DNA of 64,000 bases from Auanema rhodensis (Eukaryota; Animalia; Nematoda). Below the pieces are notes generated by a model. That model did not search any database and was not told the origin of the DNA. It saw nothing but the letters and a program-made list of their open reading frames with translations. The stretch spans positions 22,320,001-22,384,000 of the forward strand of contig OZ059894.1 of assembly GCA_964057225.1 (NCBI GenBank), in the 5' to 3' direction. The position numbers and the translations under genes are program-made. This document shows, piece by piece, positions 40,365-55,809 of this stretch. Numbering within the stretch: the first letter of the stretch is position 1; the number at the start of each line of letters is the position of its first letter.

Positions 40365-43300
40365 AAGCAATGTTGAGTGTACATGGAAACTCAACACACA
40401 CTAATGCATCATTTTTCAAACGATCATAACTAATTTGTGTATTAAGCGTTTCTCAATGTAGTATAGTGCATTCGATGCGGATTTTTAAGCTGCGTCGATC
40501 TGTGTTATCAGATTTGCGCTAGCTTAAAAATGCACCGAGATATCAACTGATATAAGTTCACACTTATATCCTCGATTTTCACCCTGAAGAATTAATTTTT
40601 TCGTTGAATAACATTGTCCATCGTCTTTGCCTTGAAAAAAGGAATCTAAAAACATCTACTTTTTGCTGAATTATTTTGAAATTTTTCGAAAAAATTTTTG
40701 TCAAAATGTTTTTGGAAGCAATGTTGAGTGTACATGGAAACTCAACATACACTAATGCATCATTTTTCAAACGATCATAACTAATTTTTGTATTAAGCGT
40801 TTCTCAATGTAGTATAGTGCATTCGATGCGGATTTTTAAGCTGCGTTGATCTGTGTTATCAGATTTGCGCTAGCTTAAAAATGCACCGAGATATCAACTG
40901 ATATAAGTTTACACTTATTTCCTCGATTTTCACCCTGAAGAATTAATTTTTTCGTTGAATAACATTGTCCATCGTCTTTGCCTTGAAAAATGGAATCTAA
41001 AAACATCTACTTTTTGCTAAATTATTTTGAAATTTTTCGAAAAAATTTTTGTCAAAATGTTTTTGGAAGCAATGTTGAGTGTACATGGAAACTCAACATA
41101 CACTAATGCATCATTTTTCAAACGATCATAACTAATTTGTGTATTAAGCGTTTCTCAATGTAGTATACTGCATTCGATGCGGATTTTTAAGCTGCGTCGA
41201 TCTGTGTTATCAGATTTGCGCTAGCTTAAAAATGCACCGAGATATCAACTGATATAAGTTCACACTTATATCCTCGATTTTCACCCTGAAGAATTAATTT
41301 TTTCGTTGAATAACATTGTCCATCGTCTTTGCCTTAAAAAAAGGAATCTAAAAACATCTACTTTTTGCTAAATTATTTTGAAATTTTTCGAAAAAATTTT
41401 TGTCAAAATGTTTTTGGAAGCAATGTTGAGTGTACATGGAAACTCAACATACACTAATGCATCATTTTTCAAACGATCATAACTAATTTTTGTATTAAGC
41501 GTTTCTCAATGTAGTATAGTGCATTCGATGCGGATTTTTAAGCTGCGTCGATCTGTGTTATCAGATTTGCGCTAGCTTAAAAATGCACCGAGATATCAAC
41601 TGATATAAGTTTACACTTATATCCTCGATTTTCACCCTGAAGAATTAATTTTTTCGTTGAATAACATTGTCCATCGTCTTTGCCTTGAAAAATGGAATCT
41701 AAAAACATCTACTTTTTGCTAAATTATTTTGAAATTTTTCGAAAAAATTTTTGTCAAAATGTTTTTGGAAGCAATGTTGAGTGTACATGGAAACTCAACA
41801 CACACTAATGCATCATTTTTCAAACGATCATAACTAATTTGTGTATTAAGCGTTTCTCAATGTAGTATAGTGCATTCGATGCGGATTTTTAAGCTGCGTC
41901 GATCTGTGTTATCAGATTTGCGCTAGCTTAAAAATGCACCGAGATATCAACTGATATAAGTTCACACTTATATCCTCGATTTTCACCCTGAAGAATTAAT
42001 TTTTTCGTTGAATAACATTGTCCATCGTCTTTGCCTTGAAAAATGGAATCTAAAAACATCTACTTTTTGCTAAATTATTTTGAAATTTTTCGAAAAAATT
42101 TTTGTCAAAATGTTTTTGGAAGCAATGTTGAGTGTACATGGAAACTCAACACACACTAATGCATCATTTTTCAAACGATCATAACTAATTTGTGTATTAA
42201 GCGTTTCTCAATGTAGTATAGTGCATTCGATGCGGATTTTTAAGCTGCGTCGATCTGTGTTATCAGATTTGCGCTAGCTTAAAAATGCACCGAGATATCA
42301 ACTGATATAAGTTCACACTTATATCCTCGATTTTCACCCTGAAGAATTAATTTTTTCGTTGAATAACATTGTCCATCGTCTTTGCCTTGAAAAAAGGAAT
42401 CTAAAAACATCTACTTTTTGCTGAATTATTTTGAAATTTTTCGAAAAAATTTTTGTCAAAATGTTTTTGGAAGCAATGTTGAGTGTACATGGAAACTCAA
42501 CATACACTAATGCATCATTTTTCAAACGATCATAACTAATTTTTGTATTAAGCGTTTCTCAATGTAGTATAGTGCATTCGATGCGGATTTTTAAGCTGCG
42601 TCGATCTGTGTTATCAGATTTGCGCTAGCTTAAAAATGCACCGAGATATCAACTGATATAAGTTTACACTTATATCCTCGATTTTCACCCTGAAGAATTA
42701 ATTTTTTCGTTGAATAACATTGTCCATCGTCTTTACCTTGAAAAATGGAATCTAAAAACATCTACTTTTTGCTAAATTATTTTGAAATTTTTCGAAAAAA
42801 TTTTTGTCAAAATGTTTTTGGAAGCAATGTTGAGTGTACATGGAAACTCAACACACACTAATGCATCATTTTTCAAACGATCATAACTAATTTGTGTATT
42901 AAGCGTTTCTCAATGTAGTATAGTGCATTCGATGCGGATTTTTAAGCTGCGTTGATCTGTGTTATCAGATTTGCGCTAGCTTAAAAATGCACCGAGATAT
43001 CAACTGATATAAGTTCACACTTATATCCTCGATTTTCACCCTGAAGAATTAATTTTTTCGTTGAATAACATTGTCCATCGTCTTTGCCTTGAAAAAAGGA
43101 ATCTAAAAACATCTACTTTTTGCTGAATTATTTTGAAATTTTTCGAAAAAATTTTTGTCAAAATGTTTTTGGAAGCAATGTTGAGTGTACATGGAAACTC
43201 AACATACACTAATGCATCATTTTTCAAACGATCATAACTAATTTTTGTATCAAACGTTTCTCAATGTAGTATTGTGCATTCGATGCGGATTTTTAAGCTG

Positions 43301-46300
43301 CGTCGATCTCTGTTATCAGATTTGCGCTAGCTTAAAAAAGCACCGAGATATCAACTGATATAAGTTCACATTTATATCCTCGATTTTCACCCTGAAGAAT
43401 TAATTTTTTCGTTGAATAACATTGTCCATCGTCTTTGCCTTGAAAAAAGGAATCTAAAAACATCTACTTTTTGCTGAATTATTTTGAAATTTTTCGAAAA
43501 AATTTTTGTCAAAATGTTTTTGGAAGCAATGTTGAGTGTACATGGAAACTCAACATACACTAATGCATCATTTTTCAAACGATCATAACTAATTTTTGTA
43601 TTAAGCGTTTCTCAATGTAGTATAGTGCATTCGATGCGGATTTTTAAGCTGCGTCGATCTGTGTTATCAGATTTGCGCTAGCTTAAAAATGCACCGAGAT
43701 ATCAACTGATATAAGTTTACACTTATATCCTCGATTTTCACCCTGAAGAATTAATTTTTTCGTTGAATAACATTGTCCATCGTCTTTACCTTGAAAAATG
43801 GAATCTAAAAACATCTACTTTTTGCTAAATTATTTTGAAATTTTTCGAAAAAATTTTTGTCAAAATGTTTTTGGAAGCAATGTTGAGTGTACATGGAAAC
43901 TCAACACACACTAATGCATCATTTTTCAAACGATCATAACTAATTTGTGTATTAAGCGTTTCTCAATGTAGTATAGTGCATTCGATGCGGATTTTTAAGC
44001 TGCGTCGATCTGTGTTATCAGATTTGCGCTAGCTTAAAAATGCACCGAGATAACAACTGATATAAGTTCACACTTATATCCTCGATTTTCACCCTGAAGA
44101 ATTAATTTTTTCGTTGAATAACATTGTCCTTCGTCTTTGCCTTAAAAAATGGAATCTAAAAACATCTACTTTTTGCTAAATTATTTTGAAATTTTTCGAA
44201 AAAATTTTTGTCAAAATGTTTTTGGAAGCAATGTTGAGTGTACATGGAAACTCAACACACACTAATGCATCATTTTTCAAACGATCATAACTAATTTGTG
44301 TATTAAGCGTTTCTCAATGTAGTATAGTGCATTCGATGCGGATTTTTAAGCTGCGTCGATCTGTGTTATCAGATTTGCGCTAGCTTAAAAATGCACCGAG
44401 ATATCAACTGATATAAGTTCACACTTATATCCTCGATTTTCACCCTGAAGAATTAATTTTTTCGTTGAATAACATTGTCCATCGTCTTTGCCTTGAAAAA
44501 AGGAATCTAAAAACATCTACTTTTTGCTGAATTATTTTGAAATTTTTCGAAAAAATTTTTGTCAAAATGTTTTTGGAAGCAATGTTGAGTGTACATGGAA
44601 ACTCAACATACACTAATGCATCATTTTTCAAACGATCATAACTAATTTTTGTATTAAGCGTTTCTCAATGTAGTATAGTGCATTCGATGCGGATTTTTAA
44701 GCTGCGTTGATCTGTGTTATCAGATTTGCGCTAGCTTAAAAATGCACCGAGATATCAACTGATATAAGTTTACACTTATTTCCTCGATTTTCACCCTGAA
44801 GAATTAATTTTTTCGTTGAATAACATTGTCCATCGTCTTTGCCTTGAAAAATGGAATCTAAAAACATCTACTTTTTGCTAAATTATTTTGAAATTTTTCG
44901 AAAAAATTTTTGTCAAAATGTTTTTGGAAGCAATGTTGAGTGTACATGGAAACTCAACACACACTAATGCATCATTTTTCAAACGATCATAACTAATTTG
45001 TGTATTAAGCGTTTCTCAATGTAGTATACTGCATTCGATGCGGATTTTTAAGCTGCGTCGATCTGTGTTATCAGATTTGCGCTAGCTTAAAAATGCACCG
45101 AGATATCAACTGATATAAGTTCACACTTATATCCTCGATTTTCACCCTGAAGAATTAATTTTTTCGTTGAATAACATTGTCCATCGTCTTTGCCTTAAAA
45201 AATGGAATCTAAAAACATCTACTTTTTGCTAAATTATTTTGAAATTTTTCGAAAAAATTTTTGTCAAAATGTTTTTGGAAGCAATGTTGAGTGTACATGG
45301 AAACTCAACATACACTAATGCATCATTTTTCAAACGATCATAACTAATTTTTGTATTAAGCGTTTCTCAATGTAGTATAGTGCATTCGATGCGGATTTTT
45401 AAGCTGCGTCGATCTGTGTTATCAGATTTGCGCTAGCTTAAAAATGCACCGAGATATCAACTGATATAAGTTTACACTTATATCCTCGATTTTCACCCTG
45501 AAGAATTAATTTTTTCGTTGAATAACATTGTCCATCGTCTTTGCCTTGAAAAATGGAATCTAAAAACATCTACTTTTTGCTAAATTATTTTGAAATTTTT
45601 CGAAAAAATTTTTGTCAAAATGTTTTTGGAAGCAATGTTGAGTGTACATGGAAACTCAACACACACTAATGCATCATTTTTCAAACGATCATAACTAATT
45701 TGTGTATTAAGCGTTTCTCAATGTAGTATAGTGCATTCGATGCGGATTTTTAAGCTGCGTCGATCTGTGTTATCAGATTTGCGCTAGCTTAAAAATGCAC
45801 CGAGATATCAACTGATATAAGTTCACACTTATATCCTCGATTTTCACCCTGAAGAATTAATTTTTTCGTTGAATAACATTGTCCATCGTCTTTGCCTTGA
45901 AAAATGGAATCTAAAAACATCTACTTTTTGCTAAATTATTTTGAAATTTTTCGAAAAAATTTTTGTCAAAATGTTTTTGGAAGCAATGTTGAGTGTACAT
46001 GGAAACTCAACACACACTAATGCATCATTTTTCAAACGATCATAACTAATTTGTGTATTAAGCGTTTCTCAATGTAGTATAGTGCATTCGATGCGGATTT
46101 TTAAGCTGCGTCGATCTGTGTTATCAGATTTGCGCTAGCTTAAAAATGCACCGAGATATCAACTGATATAAGTTCACACTTATATCCTCGATTTTCACCC
46201 TGAAGAATTAATTTTTTCGTTGAATAACATTGTCCATCGTCTTTGCCTTGAAAAAAGGAATCTAAAAACATCTACTTTTTGCTGAATTATTTTGAAATTT

Positions 46301-49139
46301 TTCGAAAAAATTTTTGTCAAAATGTTTTTGGAAGCAATGTTGAGTGTACATGGAAACTCAACATACACTAATGCATCATTTTTCAAACGATCATAACTAA
46401 TTTTTGTATTAAGCGTTTCTCAATGTAGTATAGTGCATTCGATGCGGATTTTTAAGCTGCGTCGATCTGTGTTATCAGATTTGCGCTAGCTTAAAAATGC
46501 ACCGAGATATCAACTGATATAAGTTTACACTTATATCCTCGATTTTCACCCTGAAGAATTAATTTTTTCGTTGAATAACATTGTCCATCGTCTTTGCCTT
46601 GAAAAATGGAATCTAAAAACATCTACTTTTTGCTAAATTATTTTGAAATTTTTCGAAAAAATTTTTGTCAAAATGTTTTTGGAAGCAATGTTGAGTGTAC
46701 ATGGAAACTCAACACACACTAATGCATCATTTTTCAAACGATCATAACTAATTTGTGTATTAAGCGTTTCTCAATGTAGTATAGTGCATTCGATGCGGAT
46801 TTTTAAGCTGCGTCGATCTGTGTTATCAGATTTGCGCTAGCTTAAAAATGCACCGAGATATCAACTGATATAAGTTCACACTTATATCCTCGATTTTCAC
46901 CCTGAAGAATTAATTTTTTCGTTGAATAACATTGTCCATCGTCTTTGCCTTGAAAAATGGAATCTAAAAACATCTACTTTTTGCTAAATTATTTTGAAAT
47001 TTTTCGAAAAAATTTTTGTCAAAATGTTTTTGGAAGCAATGTTGAGTGTACATGGAAACTCAACACACACTAATGCATCATTTTTCAAACGATCATAACT
47101 AATTTGTGTATTAAGCGTTTCTCAATGTAGTATAGTGCATTCGATGCGGATTTTTAAGCTGCGTCGATCTGTGTTATCAGATTTGCGCTAGCTTAAAAAT
47201 GCACCGAGATATCAACTGATATAAGTTCACACTTATATCCTCGATTTTCACCCTGAAGAATTAATTTTTTCGTTGAATAACATTGTCCATCGTCTTTGCC
47301 TTGAAAAAAGGAATCTAAAAACATCTACTTTTTGCTGAATTATTTTGAAATTTTTCGAAAAAATTTTTGTCAAAATGTTTTTGGAAGCAATGTTGAGTGT
47401 ACATGGAAACTCAACATACACTAATGCATCATTTTTCAAACGATCATAACTAATTTTTGTATTAAGCGTTTCTCAATGTAGTATAGTGCATTCGATGCGG
47501 ATTTTTAAGCTGCGTCGATCTGTGTTATCAGATTTGCGCTAGCTTAAAAATGCACCGAGATATCAACTGATATAAGTTTACACTTATATCCTCGATTTTC
47601 ACCCTGAAGAATTAATTTTTTCGTTGAATAACATTGTCCATCGTCTTTACCTTGAAAAATGGAATCTAAAAACATCTACTTTTTGCTAAATTATTTTGAA
47701 ATTTTTCGAAAAAATTTTTGTCAAAATGTTTTTGGAAGCAATGTTGAGTGTACATGGAAACTCAACACACACTAATGCATCATTTTTCAAACGATCATAA
47801 CTAATTTGTGTATTAAGCGTTTCTCAATGTAGTATAGTGCATTCGATGCGGATTTTTAAGCTGCGTTGATCTGTGTTATCAGATTTGCGCTAGCTTAAAA
47901 ATGCACCGAGATATCAACTGATATAAGTTCACACTTATATCCTCGATTTTCACCCTGAAGAATTAATTTTTTCGTTGAATAACATTGTCCATCGTCTTTG
48001 CCTTGAAAAAAGGAATCTAAAAACATCTACTTTTTGCTGAATTATTTTGAAATTTTTCGAAAAAATTTTTGTTAAAATGTTTTTGGAAGCAATGTTGAGT
48101 GTACATGGAAACTCAACATACACTAATGCATCATTTTTCAAACGATCATAACTAATTTTTGTATCAAACGTTTCTCAATGTAGTATTGTGCATTCGATGC
48201 GGATTTTTAAGCTGCGTCGATCTCTGTTATCAGATTTGCGCTAGCTTAAAAAAGCACCGAGATATCAACTGATATAAGTTCACATTTATATCCTCGATTT
48301 TCACCCTGAAGAATTAATTTTTTCGTTGAATAACATTGTCCATCGTCTTTGCCTTGAAAAAAGGAATCTAAAAACATCTACTTTTTGCTGAATTATTTTG
48401 AAATTTTTCGAAAAAATTTTTGTCAAAATGTTTTTGGAAGCAATGTTGAGTGTACATGGAAACTCAACATACACTAATGCATCATTTTTCAAACGATCAT
48501 AACTAATTTTTGTATTAAGCGTTTCTCAATGTAGTATAGTGCATTCGATGCGGATTTTTAAGCTGCGTCGATCTGTGTTATCAGATTTGCGCTAGCTTAA
48601 AAATGCACCGAGATATCAACTGATATAAGTTTACACTTATATCCTCGATTTTCACCCTGAAGAATTAATTTTTTCGTTGAATAACATTGTCCATCGTCTT
48701 TACCTTGAAAAATGGAATCTAAAAACATCTACTTTTTGCTAAATTATTTTGAAATTTTTCGAAAAAATTTTTGTCAAAATGTTTTTGGAAGCAATGTTGA
48801 GTGTACATGGAAACTCAACACACACTAATGCATCATTTTTCAAACGATCATAACTAATTTGTGTATTAAGCGTTTCTCAATGTAGTATAGTGCATTCGAT
48901 GCGGATTTTTAAGCTGCGTCGATCTGTGTTATCAGATTTGCGCTAGCTTAAAAATGCACCGAGATAACAACTGATATAAGTTCACACTTATATCCTCGAT
49001 TTTCACCCTGAAGAATTAATTTTTTCGTTGAATAACATTGTCCTTCGTCTTTGCCTTAAAAAATGGAATCTAAAAACATCTACTTTTTGCTAAATTATTT
49101 TGAAATTTTTCGAAAAAATTTTTGTCAAAATGTTTTTGG
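40365..49139. repeat. 11-monomer (3861 bp) unit followed by a second copy expanded to 14 monomers
   Basis: ACTTATTTCC (~40919/44780), GTATACTG (~41168/45029) and ORFs 40579/44440 and 42334/46195 recur at +3861. Later markers (ORFs 43036/47950 and 43387/48301, GATAACAA ~44052/48966) recur at +4914. Confidence 0.88.
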
Positions 49140-52100
49140 AAGCAATGTTGAGTGTACATGGAAACTCAACATACACTAATGCATCATTTTTCAAACGATC
49201 ATAACTAATTTTTGTATTAAGCGTTTCTCAATGTAGTATAGTGCATTCGATGCGGATTTTTAAGCTGCGTCGATCTGTGTTATCAGATTTGCGCTAGCTT
49301 AAAAATGCACCGAGATATCAACTGATATAAGTTTACACTTATATCCTCGATTTTCACCCTGAAGAATTAATTTTTTCGTTGAATAACATTGTCCATCGTC
49401 TTTACCTTGAAAAATGGAATCTAAAAACATCTACTTTTTGCTAAATTATTTTGAAATTTTTCGAAAAAATTTTTGTCAAAATGTTTTTGGAAGCAATGTT
49501 GAGTGTACATGGAAACTCAACACACACTAATGCATCATTTTTCAAACGATCATAACTAATTTGTGTATTAAGCGTTTCTCAATGTAGTATAGTGCATTCG
49601 ATGCGGATTTTTAAGCTGCGTTGATCTGTGTTATCAGATTTGCGCTAGCTTAAAAATGCACCGAGATATCAACTGATATAAGTTCACACTTATATCCTCG
49701 ATTTTCACCCTGAAGAATTAATTTTTTCGTTGAATAACATTGTCCATCGTCTTTGCCTTGAAAAAAGGAATCTAAAAACATCTACTTTTTGCTGAATTAT
49801 TTTGAAATTTTTCGAAAAAATTTTTGTCAAAATGTTTTTGGAAGCAATGTTGAGTGTACATGGAAACTCAACATACACTAATGCATCATTTTTCAAACGA
49901 TCATAACTAATTTTTGTATCAAACGTTTCTCAATGTAGTATTGTGCATTCGATGCGGATTTTTAAGCTGCGTCGATCTCTGTTATCAGATTTGCGCTAGC
50001 TTAAAAAAGCACCGAGATATCAACTGATATAAGTTCACATTTATATCCTCGATTTTCACCCTGAAGAATTAATTTTTTCGTTGAATAACATTGTCCATCG
50101 TCTTTGCCTTGAAAAAAGGAATCTAAAAACATCTACTTTTTGCTGAATTATTTTGAAATTTTTCGAAAAAATTTTTGTCAAAATGTTTTTGGAAGCAATG
50201 TTGAGTGTACATGGAAACTCAACATACACTAATGCATCATTTTTCAAACGATCATAACTAATTTTTGTATTAAGCGTTTCTCAATGTAGTATAGTGCATT
50301 CGATGCGGATTTTTAAGCTGCGTCGATCTGTGTTATCAGATTTGCGCTAGCTTAAAAATGCACCGAGATAACAACTGATATAAGTTCACACTTATATCCT
50401 CGATTTTCACCCTGAAGAATTAATTTTTTCGTTGAATAACATTGTCCTTCGTCTTTGCCTTAAAAAATGGAATCTAAAAACATCTACTTTTTGCTAAATT
50501 ATTTTGAAATTTTTCGAAAAAATTTTTGTCAAAATGTTTTTGGAAGCAATGTTGAGTGTACATGGAAACTCAACACACACTAATGCATCATTTTTCAAAC
50601 GATCATAACTAATTTGTGTATTAAGCGTTTCTCAATGTAGTATAGTGCATTCGATGCGGATTTTTAAGCTGCGTCGATCTGTGTTATCAGATTTGCGCTA
50701 GCTTAAAAATGCACCGAGATATCAACTGATATAAGTTTACACTTATATCCTCGATTTTCACCCTGAAGAATTAATTTTTTCGTTGAATAACATTGTCCAT
50801 CGTCTTTGCCTTGAAAAATGGAATCTAAAAACATCTACTTTTTGCTAAATTATTTTGAAATTTTTCGAAAAAATTTTTGTCAAAATGTTTTTGGAAGCAA
50901 TGTTGAGTGTACATGGAAACTCAACACACACTAATGCATCATTTTTCAAACGATCATAACTAATTTGTGTATTAAGCGTTTCTCAATGTAGTATAGTGCA
51001 TTCGATGCGGATTTTTAAGCTGCGTCGATCTGTGTTATCAGATTTGCGCTAGCTTAAAAATGCACCGAGATATCAACTGATATAAGTTCACACTTATATC
51101 CTCGATTTTCACCCTGAAGAATTAATTTTTTCGTTGAATAACATTGTCCATCGTCTTTGCCTTAAAAAAAGGAATCTAAAAACATCTACTTTTTGCTAAA
51201 TTATTTTGAAATTTTTCGAAAAAATTTTTGTCAAAATGTTTTTGGAAGCAATGTTGAGTGTACATGGAAACTCAACATACACTAATGCATCATTTTTCAA
51301 ACGATCATAACTAATTTTTGTATTAAGCGTTTCTCAATGTAGTATAGTGCATTCGATGCGGATTTTTAAGCTGCGTCGATCTGTGTTATCAGATTTGCGC
51401 TAGCTTAAAAATGCACCGAGATATCAACTGATATAAGTTCACACTTATATCCTCGATTTTCACCCTGAAGAATTAATTTTTTCGTTGAATAACATTGTCC
51501 ATCGTCTTTGCCTTGAAAAAAGGAATCTAAAAACATCTACTTTTTGCTGAATTATTTTGAAATTTTTCGAAAAAATTTTTGTCAAAATGTTTTTGGAAGC
51601 AATGTTGAGTGTACATGGAAACTCAACATACACTAATGCATCATTTTTCAAACGATCATAACTAATTTTTGTATCAAACGTTTCTCAATGTAGTATTGTG
51701 CATTCGATGCGGATTTTTAAGCTGCGTCGATCTCTGTTATCAGATTTGCGCTAGCTTAAAAAAGCACCGAGATATCAACTGATATAAGTTCACATTTATA
51801 TCCTCGATTTTCACCCTGAAGAATTAATTTTTTCGTTGAATAACATTGTCCATCGTCTTTGCCTTGAAAAAAGGAATCTAAAAACATCTACTTTTTGCTG
51901 AATTATTTTGAAATTTTTCGAAAAAATTTTTGTCAAAATGTTTTTGGAAGCAATGTTGAGTGTACATGGAAACTCAACATACACTAATGCATCATTTTTC
52001 AAACGATCATAACTAATTTTTGTATTAAGCGTTTCTCAATGTAGTATAGTGCATTCGATGCGGATTTTTAAGCTGCGTCGATCTGTGTTATCAGATTTGC

Positions 52101-55100
52101 GCTAGCTTAAAAATGCACCGAGATATCAACTGATATAAGTTTACACTTATATCCTCGATTTTCACCCTGAAGAATTAATTTTTTCGTTGAATAACATTGT
52201 CCATCGTCTTTACCTTGAAAAATGGAATCTAAAAACATCTACTTTTTGCTAAATTATTTTGAAATTTTTCGAAAAAAATTTTTGTCAAAATGTTTTTGGA
52301 AGCAATGTTGAGTGTACATGGAAACTCAACACACACTAATGCATCATTTTTCAAACGATCATAACTAATTTGTGTATTAAGCGTTTCTCAATGTAGTATA
52401 GTGCATTCGATGCGGATTTTTAAGCTGCGTCGATCTGTGTTATCAGATTTGCGCTAGCTTAAAAATGCACCGAGATAACAACTGATATAAGTTCACACTT
52501 ATATCCTCGATTTTCACCCTGAAGAATTAATTTTTTCGTTGAATAACATTGTCCTTCGTCTTTGCCTTAAAAAATGGAATCTAAAAACATCTACTTTTTG
52601 CTAAATTATTTTGAAATTTTTCGAAAAAATTTTTGTCAAAATGTTTTTGGAAGCAATGTTGAGTGTACATGGAAACTCAACACACACTAATGCATCATTT
52701 TTCAAACGATCATAACTAATTTGTGTATTAAGCGTTTCTCAATGTAGTATAGTGCATTCGATGCGGATTTTTAAGCTGCGTCGATCTGTGTTATCAGATT
52801 TGCGCTAGCTTAAAAATGCACCGAGATATCAACTGATATAAGTTTACACTTATATCCTCGATTTTCACCGTGAAGAATTAATTTTTTCGTTGAATAACAT
52901 TGTCCATCGTCTTTGCCTTGAAAAATGGAATCTAAAAACATCTACTTTTTGCTAAATTATTTTGAAATTTTTCGAAAAAATTTTTGTCAAAATGTTTTTG
53001 GAAGCAATGTTGAGTGTACATGGAAACTCAACACACACTAATGCATCATTTTTCAAACGATCATAACTAATTTGTGTATTAAGCGTTTCTCAATGTAGTA
53101 TAGTGCATTCGATGCGGATTTTTAAGCTGCGTCGATCTGTGTTATCAGATTTGCGCTAGCTTAAAAATGCACCGAGATATCAACTGATATAAGTTCACAC
53201 TTATATCCTCGATTTTCACCCTGAAGAATTAATTTTTTCGTTGAATAACATTGTCCATCGTCTTTGCCTTAAAAAATGAAATCTAAAAACATCTACTTTT
53301 TGCTAAATTATTTTGAAATTTTTCGAAAAAATTTTTGTCAAAATGTTTTTGGAAGCAATGTTGAGTGTACATGGAAACTCAACACACACTAATGCATCAT
53401 TTTTCAAACGATCATAACTAATTTGTGTATTAAGCGTTTCTCAATGTAGTATAGTGCATTCGATGCGGATTTTTAAGCTGCGTCGATCTGTGTTATCAGA
53501 TTTGCGCTAGCTTAAAAATGCACCGAGATATCAACTGATATAAGTTCACACTTATATCCTCGATTTTCACCCTGAAGAATTAATTTTTTCGTTGAATAAC
53601 ATTGTCCATCGTCTTTGCCTTAAAAAAAGGAATCTAAAAACATCTACTTTTTGCTAAATTATTTTGAAATTTTTCGAAAAAATTTTTGTCAAAATGTTTT
53701 TGGAAGCAATGTTGAGTGTACATGGAAACTCAACACACACTAATGCATCATTTTTCAAACGATCATAACTAATTTGTGTATTAAGCGTTTCTCAATGTAG
53801 TATAGTGCATTCGATGCGGATTTTTAAGCTGCGTTGATCTGTGTTATCAGATTTGCGCTAGCTTAAAAATGCACCGAGATATCAACTGATATAAGTTCAC
53901 ACTTATATCCTCGATTTTCACCCTGAAGAATTAATTTTTTCGTTGAATAACATTGTCCATCGTCTTTGCCTTGAAAAAAGGAATCTAAAAACATCTACTT
54001 TTTGCTGAATTATTTTGAAATTTTTCGAAAAAATTTTTGTCAAAATGTTTTTGGAAGCAATGTTGAGTGTACATGGAAACTCAACATACACTAATGCATC
54101 ATTTTTCAAACGATCATAACTAATTTTTGTATCAAACGTTTCTCAATGTAGTATTGTGCATTCGATGCGGATTTTTAAGCTGCGTCGATCTCTGTTATCA
54201 GATTTGCGCTAGCTTAAAAAAGCACCGAGATATCAACTGATATAAGTTCACATTTATATCCTCGATTTTCACCCTGAAGAATTAATTTTTTCGTTGAATA
54301 ACATTGTCCATCGTCTTTGCCTTGAAAAAAGGAATCTAAAAACATCTACTTTTTGCTGAATTATTTTGAAATTTTTCGAAAAAATTTTTGTCAAAATGTT
54401 TTTGGAAGCAATGTTGAGTGTACATGGAAACTCAACATACACTAATGCATCATTTTTCAAACGATCATAACTAATTTTTGTATTAAGCGTTTCTCAATGT
54501 AGTATAGTGCATTCGATGCGGATTTTTAAGCTGCGTCGATCTGTGTTATCAGATTTGCGCTAGCTTAAAAATGCACCGAGATATCAACTGATATAAGTTT
54601 ACACTTATATCCTCGATTTTCACCCTGAAGAATTAATTTTTTCGTTGAATAACATTGTCCATCGTCTTTACCTTGAAAAATGGAATCTAAAAACATCTAC
54701 TTTTTGCTAAATTATTTTGAAATTTTTCGAAAAAATTTTTGTCAAAATGTTTTTGGAAGCAATGTTGAGTGTACATGGAAACTCAACACACACTAATGCA
54801 TCATTTTTCAAACGATCATAACTAATTTGTGTATTAAGCGTTTCTCAATGTAGTATAGTGCATTCGATGCGGATTTTTAAGCTGCGTCGATCTGTGTTAT
54901 CAGATTTGCGCTAGCTTAAAAATGCACCGAGATAACAACTGATATAAGTTCACACTTATATCCTCGATTTTCACCCTGAAGAATTAATTTTTTCGTTGAA
55001 TAACATTGTCCTTCGTCTTTGCCTTAAAAAATGGAATCTAAAAACATCTACTTTTTGCTAAATTATTTTGAAATTTTTCGAAAAAATTTTTGTCAAAATG

Positions 55101-55809
55101 TTTTTGGAAGCAATGTTGAGTGTACATGGAAACTCAACACACACTAATGCATCATTTTTCAAACGATCATAACTAATTTGTGTATTAAGCGTTTCTCAAT
55201 GTAGTATAGTGCATTCGATGCGGATTTTTAAGCTGCGTCGATCTGTGTTATCAGATTTGCGCTAGCTTAAAAATGCACCGAGATATCAACTGATATAAGT
55301 TTACACTTATATCCTCGATTTTCACCCTGAAGAATTAATTTTTTCGTTGAATAACATTGTCCATCGTCTTTGCCTTGAAAAATGGAATCTAAAAACATCT
55401 ACTTTTTGCTAAATTATTTTGAAATTTTTCGAAAAAATTTTTGTCAAAATGTTTTTGGAAGCAATGTTGAGTGTACATGGAAACTCAACACACACTAATG
55501 CATCATTTTTCAAACGATCATAACTAATTTGTGTATTAAGCGTTTCTCAATGTAGTATAGTGCATTCGATGCGGATTTTTAAGCTGCGTCGATCTGTGTT
55601 ATCAGATTTGCGCTAGCTTAAAAATGCACCGAGATATCAACTGATATAAGTTCACACTTATATCCTCGATTTTCACCCTGAAGAATTAATTTTTTCGTTG
55701 AATAACATTGTCCATCGTCTTTGCCTTAAAAAATGAAATCTAAAAACATCTACTTTTTGCTAAATTATTTTGAAATTTTTCGAAAAAATTTTTGTCAAAA
55801 TGTTTTTGG

